A stretch of 64,000 nucleotides of DNA from Oscillospiraceae bacterium (GTDB lineage Bacteria > Bacillota > Clostridia > Oscillospirales > Ruminococcaceae), in NCBI GenBank assembly GCA_016291435.1, contig JAEEXH010000001.1:59661-123660 (forward strand), in the 5' to 3' direction. Below are positions 53,197 to 61,049 of the stretch, one piece after another. The position numbers and the translations under genes are program-made. The notes beneath the pieces are model-generated. The model did not search any database and was not told the DNA's origin. It was given only the letters and a program-made list of their open reading frames with translations. Within the stretch, counting starts at the first letter, position 1, and each line of letters begins with the position of its first letter.

Positions 53197-54165
53197 ATGT
53201 ATAACGAAGTGAAACTCGAAAAGGGCATGTATCATCTCGCAAACCGCAGCTTCTCCGAGGCACTCGAGGCTGCCGATCCCTCTGCGCAGTATGCAGGCAC
53301 GGAGCTTGCCGCACTGGACGCCTTCGAGCGTCAGCTCAAGCGCTTTGACATCCATGTTTCCGGCGAAAACTGCGACACGGTCGAAAAGTTCTTCACCACG
53401 ACCGAAAGCGCCGTGCTCTTCCCGGAGTTCGTGCGCAGAGCCGTGAAGCGCGGCATGGAGGAATCCATCCTGCCGGAGCTCACCGCTGCCGTGACTGCTG
53501 TGAACGGCACGAGCTGCAAGGGCTTCTCGATCGACGAGACCGACGGCGCCTATTCCGCGACAACCGCAGAGGGCGCTGTGCTCAAGAAGACCGCGATCAA
53601 AGAGGCGGCAAATGCCGTTTCGCTTGACAAGTACGGCAGACTGATCACCGCTTCCTATGAGACCGTGCGTCAGCAGCGCATCGACGTCTTTGCCGTGATG
53701 CTCCGCGCAGTCGGCCACAAGCTCGCCGGTGCAATCGCAGGCACGGCGCTCACCGTGCTGAAGAACTCCGTCACGAGCTTCGGTCTGATCGGCAATTCTC
53801 TCGCCTATGCGGATCTCGCCGCGCTCTACGGCAAGTTTGCAGACTACGATCTCACGACTGTGATCGCCTCGCCGAAGAATGTGGCTGCGATTCTCGCGAT
53901 GACCGAGATGCGCGACCGCACCCTCGGCAGCGACGGCTCGATCCGCCTGCCGTTCGGCGCAAAGCTGATTCGCTCCGCTGCGCTGAATGACAAGACGGTC
54001 ATCGGCATCTCGAAGGGCTTTGCGCTTGAGTGCATGACCGGCTCTGATGTGCTGCTGGAATCCGACCGTCTGATCGACTGCCAGCTTGACCGCATCGCAG
54101 TGTCGGTGCGCATCGGCTTCCAGCCGCTCATGTCCGGCGCGACCGCTGTGCTTGCGTGGACGTAA
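53197..54165 (+). CDS. HK97-fold major capsid protein-like
   Basis: ATG at 53197 follows AAAGGAG; 322 aa. It has the ...KYGRLITASYETVRQQRIDVFAVMLRAVGHKLA... pattern typical of this capsid family. Confidence 0.6.
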   Translation: MYNEVKLEKGMYHLANRSFSEALEAADPSAQYAGTELAALDAFERQLKRFDIHVSGENCDTVEKFFTTTESAVLFPEFVRRAVKRGMEESILPELTAAVTAVNGTSCKGFSIDETDGAYSATTAEGAVLKKTAIKEAANAVSLDKYGRLITASYETVRQQRIDVFAVMLRAVGHKLAGAIAGTALTVLKNSVTSFGLIGNSLAYADLAALYGKFADYDLTTVIASPKNVAAILAMTEMRDRTLGSDGSIRLPFGAKLIRSAALNDKTVIGISKGFALECMTGSDVLLESDRLIDCQLDRIAVSVRIGFQPLMSGATAVLAWT

Positions 54166-54340
54166 AAGAGATGTCGCTTCGCGACAATTCTATCATGGGG
54201 CGCTGCCCCATGCGAAAGCAGTCGAGTTTGCTTCGCAAACATCGACAAACCCCGCCGGGGGCTCCCCGCAGCAACTTCATTCTCTGCACGGGCGCTGTGA
54301 ACAAACGCGCGGCGCCCGCGCGCTTTCTGCGCCGAAAGGA
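54166..54340. repeat. host-type hairpin-chain repeat inserted between the capsid and protease-like genes
   Basis: gtcgcttcgcgac, atggggcgctgccccat, gtttgcttcgcaaac, ccgccgggggctcccc and gcgcggcgcccgcgcgc use the same building blocks as the chromosomal intergenic repeats. Confidence 0.7.
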
Positions 54341-54346
54341 GGACAA

Positions 54347-55237
54347 ATGGACAACAATCTCAGCGAACAGATGCTCGATCAGCTCAATCAGTTCACCCGC
54401 CGCAAGCATACCGCAGATGAGGTCTATCTCTTCGACCTCATCCTCTGCGACAATGAGATCGACCGCGACGGCGACTGCTTCACGGAGGATGCCCTTGCCG
54501 AAATGCAGAAGCGGTTTGTCGGCGTCACGGGCATCTTTGATCATGACCCGCATGCCGGCAACCAGACCGCACGCATCTTCCGCACTGCGCTCTGCACCGA
54601 CAGCACCCGCACCACAAAGGCAGGCAAGCCCTACCAGTATCTGAAAGCCAATGCCTATATGGTGCGCACAGAGCGGAATGCCGATCTCATCCGCGAGATC
54701 GAAGCAGGCATCAAGAAGGAAGTCTCTGTCTCGGTCGCCGTGACGCGGCAGATCTGCTCTGTCTGCGGCGCAAACCGCATCGAGCAGCCGTGCAGCCATC
54801 TGAAGGGCAAGCAGTACGGCGGCAAGCGCTGCTATGCACTGCTGGACGGCATCTCCGATGTCTATGAATGGAGCTTTGTCGCCGTGCCCGCACAGCGCGG
54901 TGCAGGCGTCACAAAGACACTCGGCGGCTCCGGCGACAGCGAGAAGCAGACACTCCGCCGCCTGCTCGAACAGACCGCCGCGCAGCTCGACGAGGTGACG
55001 GAGGTCATCCGGCGCGATGTGGTGCGGCTCTGCTGGCAGCAGGAGAGCGAGACAAGCGCCAAGCTCCTCGCCGAAACTGCCGTGCATCTCAATTTGCAGG
55101 AGCTGCTCGCGCTGCAAAAGTCGCTGCAAATGCGGCTCAGCCCGAGCGCGGCACCCGCTCAGCTCTCCGGCACAGCCCCCGCAACCGCTGCGCCGCAGTA
55201 CAGCGCCTACCGCATGAACGCCGCAGAAAAGGAGTGA
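54347..55237 (+). CDS. prohead protease / scaffold-like protein (S78/XkdF-like N-terminal domain, Cys-rich insert, coiled-coil tail)
   Basis: ATG at 54347 follows AAAGGAGGA. DNEIDRDGDCFTEDAL...GIFDHDPH...EVSVSVAV...EWSFVAVPAQRGAGV, the insert CSVCGANRIEQPCSH, and a Q/L/A-rich C-terminus. Confidence 0.5.
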   Translation: MDNNLSEQMLDQLNQFTRRKHTADEVYLFDLILCDNEIDRDGDCFTEDALAEMQKRFVGVTGIFDHDPHAGNQTARIFRTALCTDSTRTTKAGKPYQYLKANAYMVRTERNADLIREIEAGIKKEVSVSVAVTRQICSVCGANRIEQPCSHLKGKQYGGKRCYALLDGISDVYEWSFVAVPAQRGAGVTKTLGGSGDSEKQTLRRLLEQTAAQLDEVTEVIRRDVVRLCWQQESETSAKLLAETAVHLNLQELLALQKSLQMRLSPSAAPAQLSGTAPATAAPQYSAYRMNAAEKE

Positions 55238-55242
55238 CTGTC

Positions 55243-55620
55243 ATGGCAGAATCCGCGATCTGTGAGGCAAAGGTGATGCAGCTCTTTGCGCTCTTTGCCT
55301 GTCTCGAAACCGCCGACCCCTGGCGCGGCATTGCAGAGGCTGCCGTCGCGCAGACCGAACGCGAGCTGCGCGACGGCGCAGACTGCACCGATGTCCGGCT
55401 CTGCTATTACGCCGCAGCGCTCGCAAATCTGCAATACCGCCGCCTGATCGCCGCACAGGGTGCCCTCTCCCCGACCTATGCGGGCAGCGTCAGCGCAAAG
55501 CGCGATGACACTGTCCCCTGCACGCTCGCCGAGCGCCTGTGTCTTGCATACCGCGAGGCGGCGTCCGACCTGCTGCGCGAGGCGCCGTCCGGCAGCTTTG
55601 TCTTCCGCGGCATCCGCTGA
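55243..55620 (+). CDS. head-tail connector (gp6-like) protein
   Basis: 125 aa; RBS AAAAGGAG. The call rests on its position after the capsid and protease genes and on its small helical character. Confidence 0.45.
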   Translation: MAESAICEAKVMQLFALFACLETADPWRGIAEAAVAQTERELRDGADCTDVRLCYYAAALANLQYRRLIAAQGALSPTYAGSVSAKRDDTVPCTLAERLCLAYREAASDLLREAPSGSFVFRGIR

Positions 55621-55634
55621 AAGGAGGCTTCTGC

Positions 55635-56057
55635 ATGGCATATCTTGAGACCTTCGCCGGAGAAATCGCCGATGCACTCACGGATGCGGGCGTCACGGCT
55701 TTCACGGAGTTTGCACGCGAGGGTGCACCGCTCCCGCGTGCACCGATATTTGTCACGCTGGCAGTCTCGGCGATGCAGACAGAGCCGCCGCTTGCCTATC
55801 CGGGCGGCACCGCCTCCCCCGCAGAGCTGACGCTCCGCTTCCGTCTGCACGGCATGCCGCGGAGCGACCCGGATGATCTCGCAATTCTCTGGGAGCTCTA
55901 TGTTCTCCCGGTGATGCTCCGCGGCGGATACCCGATCACGCACGCAAAGCTCGGCGAGACGCGCTGCGACAAAACGCTCGACCGGCTTGTCCGCGAGGGC
56001 ACTGTCAGCCTGCGTGCCCTGCTTCTGCGCGTCAGCAGAGAGGAGGCGGTCACATAA
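55635..56057 (+). CDS. phage neck / tail-completion-like protein
   Basis: 140 aa; RBS AAAGGAGG. The call is positional only. Confidence 0.4.
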   Translation: MAYLETFAGEIADALTDAGVTAFTEFAREGAPLPRAPIFVTLAVSAMQTEPPLAYPGGTASPAELTLRFRLHGMPRSDPDDLAILWELYVLPVMLRGGYPITHAKLGETRCDKTLDRLVREGTVSLRALLLRVSREEAVT

Positions 56058-56449
56058 TGGCAGCGATCAATACCCTCCGCACAGACAGCACCGCTGCGGC
56101 GGTCACGCTCGGCGGCGTCACGCTTTACGCAGAGCAGTTTTCCGTGCAGGTGCAGCGCAAAACCGTGCAGCAGACACTCTGCGACGGCACACAGCGCGTC
56201 ACGCTGCTCGGCGAGCTCCCCTGCACGCTCACGCTCTCCGGGCGCGCTGTCCCCGATGACGGCACATCGCTCCCCGGCAGCCTGCGGGCGCTCCTCTCCG
56301 GCGATGCGGCATTTGCCTTCGCATTCCGCGGCATGGAGTTTCAGGATATGCGCATTACGGCGCTCTCCTGCTCCGCCGAGCCGCAGCATCACGAAGCCGC
56401 CGTGTCGCTCACGCTGCTCGGTACGCTGAAAGGGGCGGACAGCGCATGA
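56057..56449 (+). CDS. hypothetical phage protein
   Basis: 130 aa, with overlapping start/stop coupling on both sides (ATAATG at 56055-56060; ATGA at 56446-56449). Confidence 0.45.
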   Translation: MAAINTLRTDSTAAAVTLGGVTLYAEQFSVQVQRKTVQQTLCDGTQRVTLLGELPCTLTLSGRAVPDDGTSLPGSLRALLSGDAAFAFAFRGMEFQDMRITALSCSAEPQHHEAAVSLTLLGTLKGADSA

Positions 56450-57366
56450 ATACCGTCTGCAAATGCTTCACGGCTTCCGGCTATTTCGAGCTGCGGGAAT
56501 GCCTGCGCTTTGTGCTTGTCCGCGACCGCTATCAGCCGGATTCCTCGCTGGATATCACAATGCCCGCACAGGAATATTTCGACAGCATCCCGCTCAGAGT
56601 GCAGTTCACGCTCGACGGCAGGCTGCTCCATGACGGCATTGTCCGCGAGGCGCAGTATACGTAGGAGAACAATCGGCGCGTCCTGCGCATCCGTGCCCGC
56701 AGCTTCACCTCTGTGCTCACGCAGAATCAGCTTGTGCCGGGGCTGTATTTCAATGTGACGCTTGCCTCCCTGATGACAACCTATCAGCTCCCGCATATCA
56801 CCTATCAGGAGGGCGAGAGCACCGTGCGCTATGTCTATGTGAAGGAAAACGCCGGCATGTGGGATACGCTCACCGCATTCAGCTATAAGCTCTGCGGCTG
56901 CTATCCGTATGTGCGCGTGCCGAATCTGCTCTGCGTCTCCCCGCAGACAGGCACCGCGGCGATCACGCTCCCCGCAGATTCCCTGCTCATGCGCGGCACG
57001 GGTACTTATGCAGGCGATATGCTGAGCCGCATCGACATGGCGGATCTCGACGGCAGCTACGGCATTTACACCGCCTCGAACCCGGAGGCACAGCGGCGCG
57101 GCATCACACGCGTCCGGCAGATTCTCATGGATAAGCAGTTCCTCTATGACCCGAACGACGGCCTGCGCTGGCGGATTCAGTGCAGCAACCGCAGAATGCG
57201 GAGCACCGTGCTGCGCTACATCGGCTACTGCGGCGAGGACTGCGAGGATCTTGTCACCTGCGGCGATCTCACAGCGCGTGTCAGCCGCATCACGGTCTCC
57301 TGCGAAAACGGAAAGCTCACCACCGAGGATGTTTTCTATTACGACGATTTCTGCAATGCAGAGTAA
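56446..57366 (+). pseudogene. phage late (baseplate/hub-like?) gene interrupted by one in-frame TAG at 56662-56664
   Basis: ORFs 56446-56664 and 56713-57366 are in the same frame, separated only by TAG plus 16 sense codons (ENNRRVLRIRARSFTS). No RBS precedes the internal GTG. Confidence 0.55.
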
Positions 57367-57472
57367 TGCCGCGCAGCCGCTCCCGAGACGTTCACAGCAT
57401 CGGGGGCGGCTGTCTTTTGTATGCGTATTCTGCCGCCTCCTGCCGAACCGCCGCGATTAACCGAACTGTAAC

Positions 57473-57501
57473 TTGACAGCCGCGCCGAAACATGTTATAA
57501 T
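57473..57501 (+). promoter_or_regulatory. consensus extended -10 sigma-A promoter of smpB
   Basis: TTGACA (57473-57478), a 17-nt spacer and TGtTATAAT (57493-57501). Confidence 0.75.
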
Positions 57502-57532
57502 GAGATACTGCAAATGAAAGGAGGGGCTTCCC

Positions 57533-57997
57533 ATCAGGCAGACAGGCACAAAACAGATCGCAGAGAACCGCAAGGCGCGGCATGACTATTTCGTGCTGGA
57601 GACCTATGAAGCAGGAATCGAGCTGATCGGCACAGAGGTCAAATCCATCCGGAACGGCAATGTGAATCTGAAGGACAGCTGGTGTACGATCGAAGCAGGT
57701 GAGCTCTTCCTCCGCGATATGCATGTATCGCCCTATGAAAAGGGCAATGTCTTCAACCGCGAGCCGCGGCGTCCGCGCAGACTGCTCATGCACAAGCGCG
57801 AGATTCTCAAACTGTTCGGCACGCTCAAGACACAGGGGCTTACGCTCATCCCGCTCTCGCTCTATTTCAAGGACGGCAGAGTCAAGGTGCAGCTCGGTCT
57901 CTGCAAGGGCAAAAAGCTCTATGACAAGCGCGAGGATGCGGCAATCCGCTCGGCAAACCGCGACATCGACCGCGCAGTGAAATCACGGAATCAGTAA
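57533..57997 (+). CDS. smpB: SsrA-binding protein SmpB (non-canonical start; see findings)
   Basis: ...[35 protein letters not shown]... The conserved N-terminal motif lies upstream of the first canonical start (GTG 57593). ATC at 57533 sits 8 nt after GGAGG (57520-57524). Confidence 0.85.
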   Translation: MRQTGTKQIAENRKARHDYFVLETYEAGIELIGTEVKSIRNGNVNLKDSWCTIEAGELFLRDMHVSPYEKGNVFNREPRRPRRLLMHKREILKLFGTLKTQGLTLIPLSLYFKDGRVKVQLGLCKGKKLYDKREDAAIRSANRDIDRAVKSRNQ

Positions 57998-58056
57998 GCA
58001 ACTGACAAAATGCCGCAGATGCGGTATAGTCAGAAGGACAATCGGTTCTCCGTCAC

Positions 58057-58402
58057 GGGGGCGTAAAGGTTTCGACGGGGGCTGTGAAATCGGATCGGCG
58101 AGTCGGGTGCATTCCCGTAAAACATGCAACCTTATAAATTTAAACGAGAACAACGATTCCGTTCTGATGGCCGCTTAAGGCCGTCCGTCGGCCTGAGCAT
58201 ACCGCGGGCTCAGGTACCGGCGTCATGACGCGGTGAACGACTGCTGCCGATGCGCATAAGCCGCAGTTGTATGATGCGCTGCCCTGCCGTATAGCCTGTT
58301 TGCCGGCGCTGCGTCAGGAAAGCTCAATAGACAAACTACACTCGTAGATGATCGGAGGGAGCGGTTTTCGGACACGGGTTCAATTCCCGTCGCCTCCATC
58401 CA
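58057..58402 (+). ncRNA. ssrA: tmRNA (SsrA)
   Basis: The 5' end GGGGGCGTAAAGGTTTCGACGGGGG pairs with the 3' end ...GGACACGGGTTCAATTCCCGTCGCCTCCA. The tag frame ...NENNDSVLMAA ends at TAA 58176-58178. It lies immediately downstream of smpB. Confidence 0.92.
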
Positions 58403-58406
58403 AGCA

Positions 58407-58450
58407 AAACGCCGTATCTGCATGCTTTTGTCGCAGATCCGGCGTTTTTT
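58407..58450 (+). terminator. intrinsic terminator of ssrA
   Basis: Stem aaacgccg(t)atctgc pairs with gcagat(c)cggcgttt, followed by a T-run. Confidence 0.75.
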
Positions 58451-58460
58451 CATATATACC

Positions 58461-58490
58461 AAAAGGCTGATGCAGAGGCACCAGCCTTTT
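58461..58490 (-). terminator. intrinsic terminator after nfnB (minus strand)
   Basis: Stem aaaaggctg pairs with cagcctttt, 7 nt beyond the stop at 58497. Confidence 0.65.
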
Positions 58491-58496
58491 CTCATA

Positions 58497-59909
58497 TTAT
58501 CCCTTTTGCAGCAGCGCTGCCGCGATCGCCTTTGCCGCAGTCTTGCCGGCGCCCATCGCGGAAATGACCGTAGCGGCGCCGGTGACGGCATCGCCGCCCG
58601 CATAGACGCCCGCACGGGAGGTAAGCCCCTCCTCCGTGACAACAATGCCGCCGCGCCGGTTGACCTCCAGCCCTTCTGTCGTCGATTTAATCAGCGGATT
58701 CGGTGAGGTGCCGATCGCGATGACGACCGTATCGACCGGCAGATCAAACTCCGAGCCCGCGACCGGCACAGGACGGCGTCTGCCCTTTTCGTCGGGCTCG
58801 CCGAGCTCCATGCGGATGCAGCGCAGCCCCGTGACAAAGCCGTTGCGCTCATCGCGCGGGACATCCGGGTTGCGGTAGCCGAGCACCTCCGTCGGATTCG
58901 TCAGCAGCATGAACTCGATGCCCTCCTCCTGCGCGTGCTCCACTTCCTCGCGGCGGGCGGGCAGCTCGTCCATCGAGCGGCGGTAGACGATATACACATG
59001 CTCCGCGCCGAGCCGCAGTGCCGTGCGGGCTGCATCCATCGCAACATTGCCGCCGCCGACCACCGCGACCTTGCCGTGCTTCATGATCGGCGTCACCGGA
59101 TCATCGAGATAGGCGCGCATGAGATTGCTGCGCGTGAGATATTCATTCGCGGAATAGACACCCTTGTAGCTCTCGCCGGGGATGCCCATGAAATTCGGCA
59201 GACCCGCGCCCGAGCCGATGAACACCGCCTCATAGCCCATTTCAAAAAGCTCATCGACGGTGAGCGTTTTGCCGATGATGATATTCGTCTCGATCTGCAC
59301 GCCGAGGCTTATCAGCGTTTCGACCTCGTGCGCGACAATCGTTTTCGGCAGGCGGAATTCCGGGATGCCGTAGACCAGCACGCCGCCTGCGGTATGCAGC
59401 GCCTCATAGACGGTGACGGCAAAGCCCTGCTTTGCAAGGTCGCCCGCGCAGGTGAGACCCGAAGGTCCCGAGCCGATGACAGCGACGCGGTGCCCGTTCG
59501 GGGCGGGCTTTGCGGGCGGTTCCGTGACAGTGCTGTTGTGACGGTCGGCGACAAAGCGCTCAAGCCTGCCGATCGCGACCGGCTCAAACCTGATGCCGAG
59601 CGTGCATTTGCTCTCGCACTGGCTCTCCTGCGGGCACACTCTGCCGCAGACTGCCGGCAGCGATGAGGACTGCGTGATCACCTGATAGGCACCCTCATAG
59701 TTGTGCTCCGTGATGAGCCTGATAAAATCGGGGATCGCGATATTGACAGGACATCCGCTGACGCAGGGCTGATTTTTGCAGTGCAGGCAGCGCTCTGCTT
59801 CAGCGACCGCCGTCTCCTCGTCATAGCCGAGCGCGACCTCACGGAAATTCCGTGCGCGCACGACCGGCGGCTGCGCCGGCATCTCATGCTTCTTCGGTAT
59901 GATCGCCAT
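58497..59909 (-). CDS. nfnB: NADPH-dependent glutamate synthase small-chain-like oxidoreductase (NfnB / SudA type)
   Basis: 470 aa. An N-terminal 2x[4Fe-4S]-type Cys pattern (CLHCKNQPCVSGCP; CGRVCPQESQCESKC) and two Rossmann motifs (VAVIGSGPSGL; VAVVGGGNVAMD). Confidence 0.8.
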   Translation of the reverse strand: MAIIPKKHEMPAQPPVVRARNFREVALGYDEETAVAEAERCLHCKNQPCVSGCPVNIAIPDFIRLITEHNYEGAYQVITQSSSLPAVCGRVCPQESQCESKCTLGIRFEPVAIGRLERFVADRHNSTVTEPPAKPAPNGHRVAVIGSGPSGLTCAGDLAKQGFAVTVYEALHTAGGVLVYGIPEFRLPKTIVAHEVETLISLGVQIETNIIIGKTLTVDELFEMGYEAVFIGSGAGLPNFMGIPGESYKGVYSANEYLTRSNLMRAYLDDPVTPIMKHGKVAVVGGGNVAMDAARTALRLGAEHVYIVYRRSMDELPARREEVEHAQEEGIEFMLLTNPTEVLGYRNPDVPRDERNGFVTGLRCIRMELGEPDEKGRRRPVPVAGSEFDLPVDTVVIAIGTSPNPLIKSTTEGLEVNRRGGIVVTEEGLTSRAGVYAGGDAVTGAATVISAMGAGKTAAKAIAAALLQKG

Positions 59910-59914
59910 GCTGT

Positions 59915-60772
59915 TTACCTCTCTTCCCGTGCCCGCAGCAGATTGCAGGTATTCTCATATGCGCGGCGTTCAAAATCGACATACATGCGGTTGCGGGAGA
60001 TTGCCTCATCAAAGTCGATCTCGTAGCCGTTGAAATCCGGGCCGTCCACGCAGGCAAATTTCGTGATGCGCTCGCCGTTTCGGTTGAGCGTTACGCGGCA
60101 GCCGCCGCACATGCCCGTGCCGTCGATCATGATGGGATTCATCGAGACCGTGACCGGCGTGCCGTAGGGTCTTGCCGCTTCGACGACAAACTTCATCATC
60201 ATCATCGGACCGATGGCGATGATCTCGTCAAACTGCTCCCCGGCGCCGAGCATCTGCACGAGCGGCATGCAGACATTTCCGTGCTCGCCGAAGGAGCCGT
60301 CATCGGTCATGAGGTGCATGCGGTCGGAGACCGCACGGAACTCCTGCTCCAGAATGATGAGCTCGCGTGTGCGGAAGCCGATGATGCTTGTGACATCGGT
60401 ACCGTTTTCCTTGAAGGCGCGTGCGATCGGGAGTGCAATCGCGCAGCCGACGCCGCCGCCGACCACGCAGACGCGCTGCTTGCCTGTGGTCTCCGTCGCG
60501 ATGCCGAGCGGACCCGCAAAGTCGCAGAGATACTCCCCTTCCCGCTTGGCATCGAGCTTTTTGGTGGTCGCGCCGAGCACCTGAAAGATGATCGAGACCG
60601 TGCCGCGTTCCTTGTCGGTGTCATAGACCGTGAACGGCACGCGCTCGCCGTCCTCATCGACGCGCAGGATGATGAACTGCCCCGCCTTTGCCTTTTTCGC
60701 GACAAGCGGTGCTTCGATCTCAAGCATGGTGACGGTGCGGTTCAGTGCCTTCCGGCTGATGATCTGATACAT
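59915..60772 (-). CDS. nfnA: ferredoxin-NADP+ reductase-like FAD/[2Fe-2S] subunit (NfnA / SudB type)
   Basis: ATG at 60772 (MYQIISRKALN). GQFIILRVDEDGERVPFTV, VCVVGGGVGCA and the C-terminal CGGCRV...CVDGP cluster. Confidence 0.8.
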   Translation of the reverse strand: MYQIISRKALNRTVTMLEIEAPLVAKKAKAGQFIILRVDEDGERVPFTVYDTDKERGTVSIIFQVLGATTKKLDAKREGEYLCDFAGPLGIATETTGKQRVCVVGGGVGCAIALPIARAFKENGTDVTSIIGFRTRELIILEQEFRAVSDRMHLMTDDGSFGEHGNVCMPLVQMLGAGEQFDEIIAIGPMMMMKFVVEAARPYGTPVTVSMNPIMIDGTGMCGGCRVTLNRNGERITKFACVDGPDFNGYEIDFDEAISRNRMYVDFERRAYENTCNLLRAREER

Positions 60773-60790
60773 GATATATAACCGCCTTTC

Positions 60791-60963
60791 AAATTCGCAA
60801 TCCGCAATTCGCAATTCGCAATTGCGGTATCGCTTCGCGATGATTCTGAATGGGGCTGACGCCCCAAACCCTTCCTTGCAGGAAAACTCTCATCGGGTTT
60901 GGGCAAAGCCCGTTCTGAATCCGTCGGCGCAAGCCGACACCTTCATTGCGAATTGCGCATTTC
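60791..60963. repeat. MITE-like element of the GCGCAATG-TIR family, inverted orientation relative to 15268-15451
   Basis: aaattcgcaatccgcaattcgcaattcgcaattgcggtatcgcttcgcgatgattctgaatggggctgacgcccc...gtcggcgcaagccgacaccttcattgcgaattgcgcat. Confidence 0.8.
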
Positions 60964-61049
60964 ATTTTACAGTAATCCTATTATAGCATTCTCTGCCGTT
61001 TCTGTCAATCAAAAAAGCGCTCCGGCACAATCTGCCGGAACGCTTTTGC

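Larger units (their letters stand above)
50200..57366 (+). mobile_element. phage-derived head-morphogenesis/packaging module (defective prophage remnant or tail-less particle locus)
   Basis: Co-linear terS, terL, portal, major capsid, protease-like and head-tail connector genes plus three small or late genes. No integrase, repressor, replication, tape-measure, tube/sheath or lysis genes are in or next to the cluster. Confidence 0.7.

Noticed and set aside
50200-57366. Integrase or att sites flanking the phage module
   Set aside because: I looked for a tyrosine or serine recombinase ORF and for direct repeats matching the 3' end of ssrA, and found none in the window. The only boundary-like feature is the palindrome at 50083-50110, so no att call is made.
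58223-58645. 140-aa minus-strand ORF
   Set aside because: It overlaps the tmRNA gene and its terminator and has no RBS. The tmRNA call has much stronger support.
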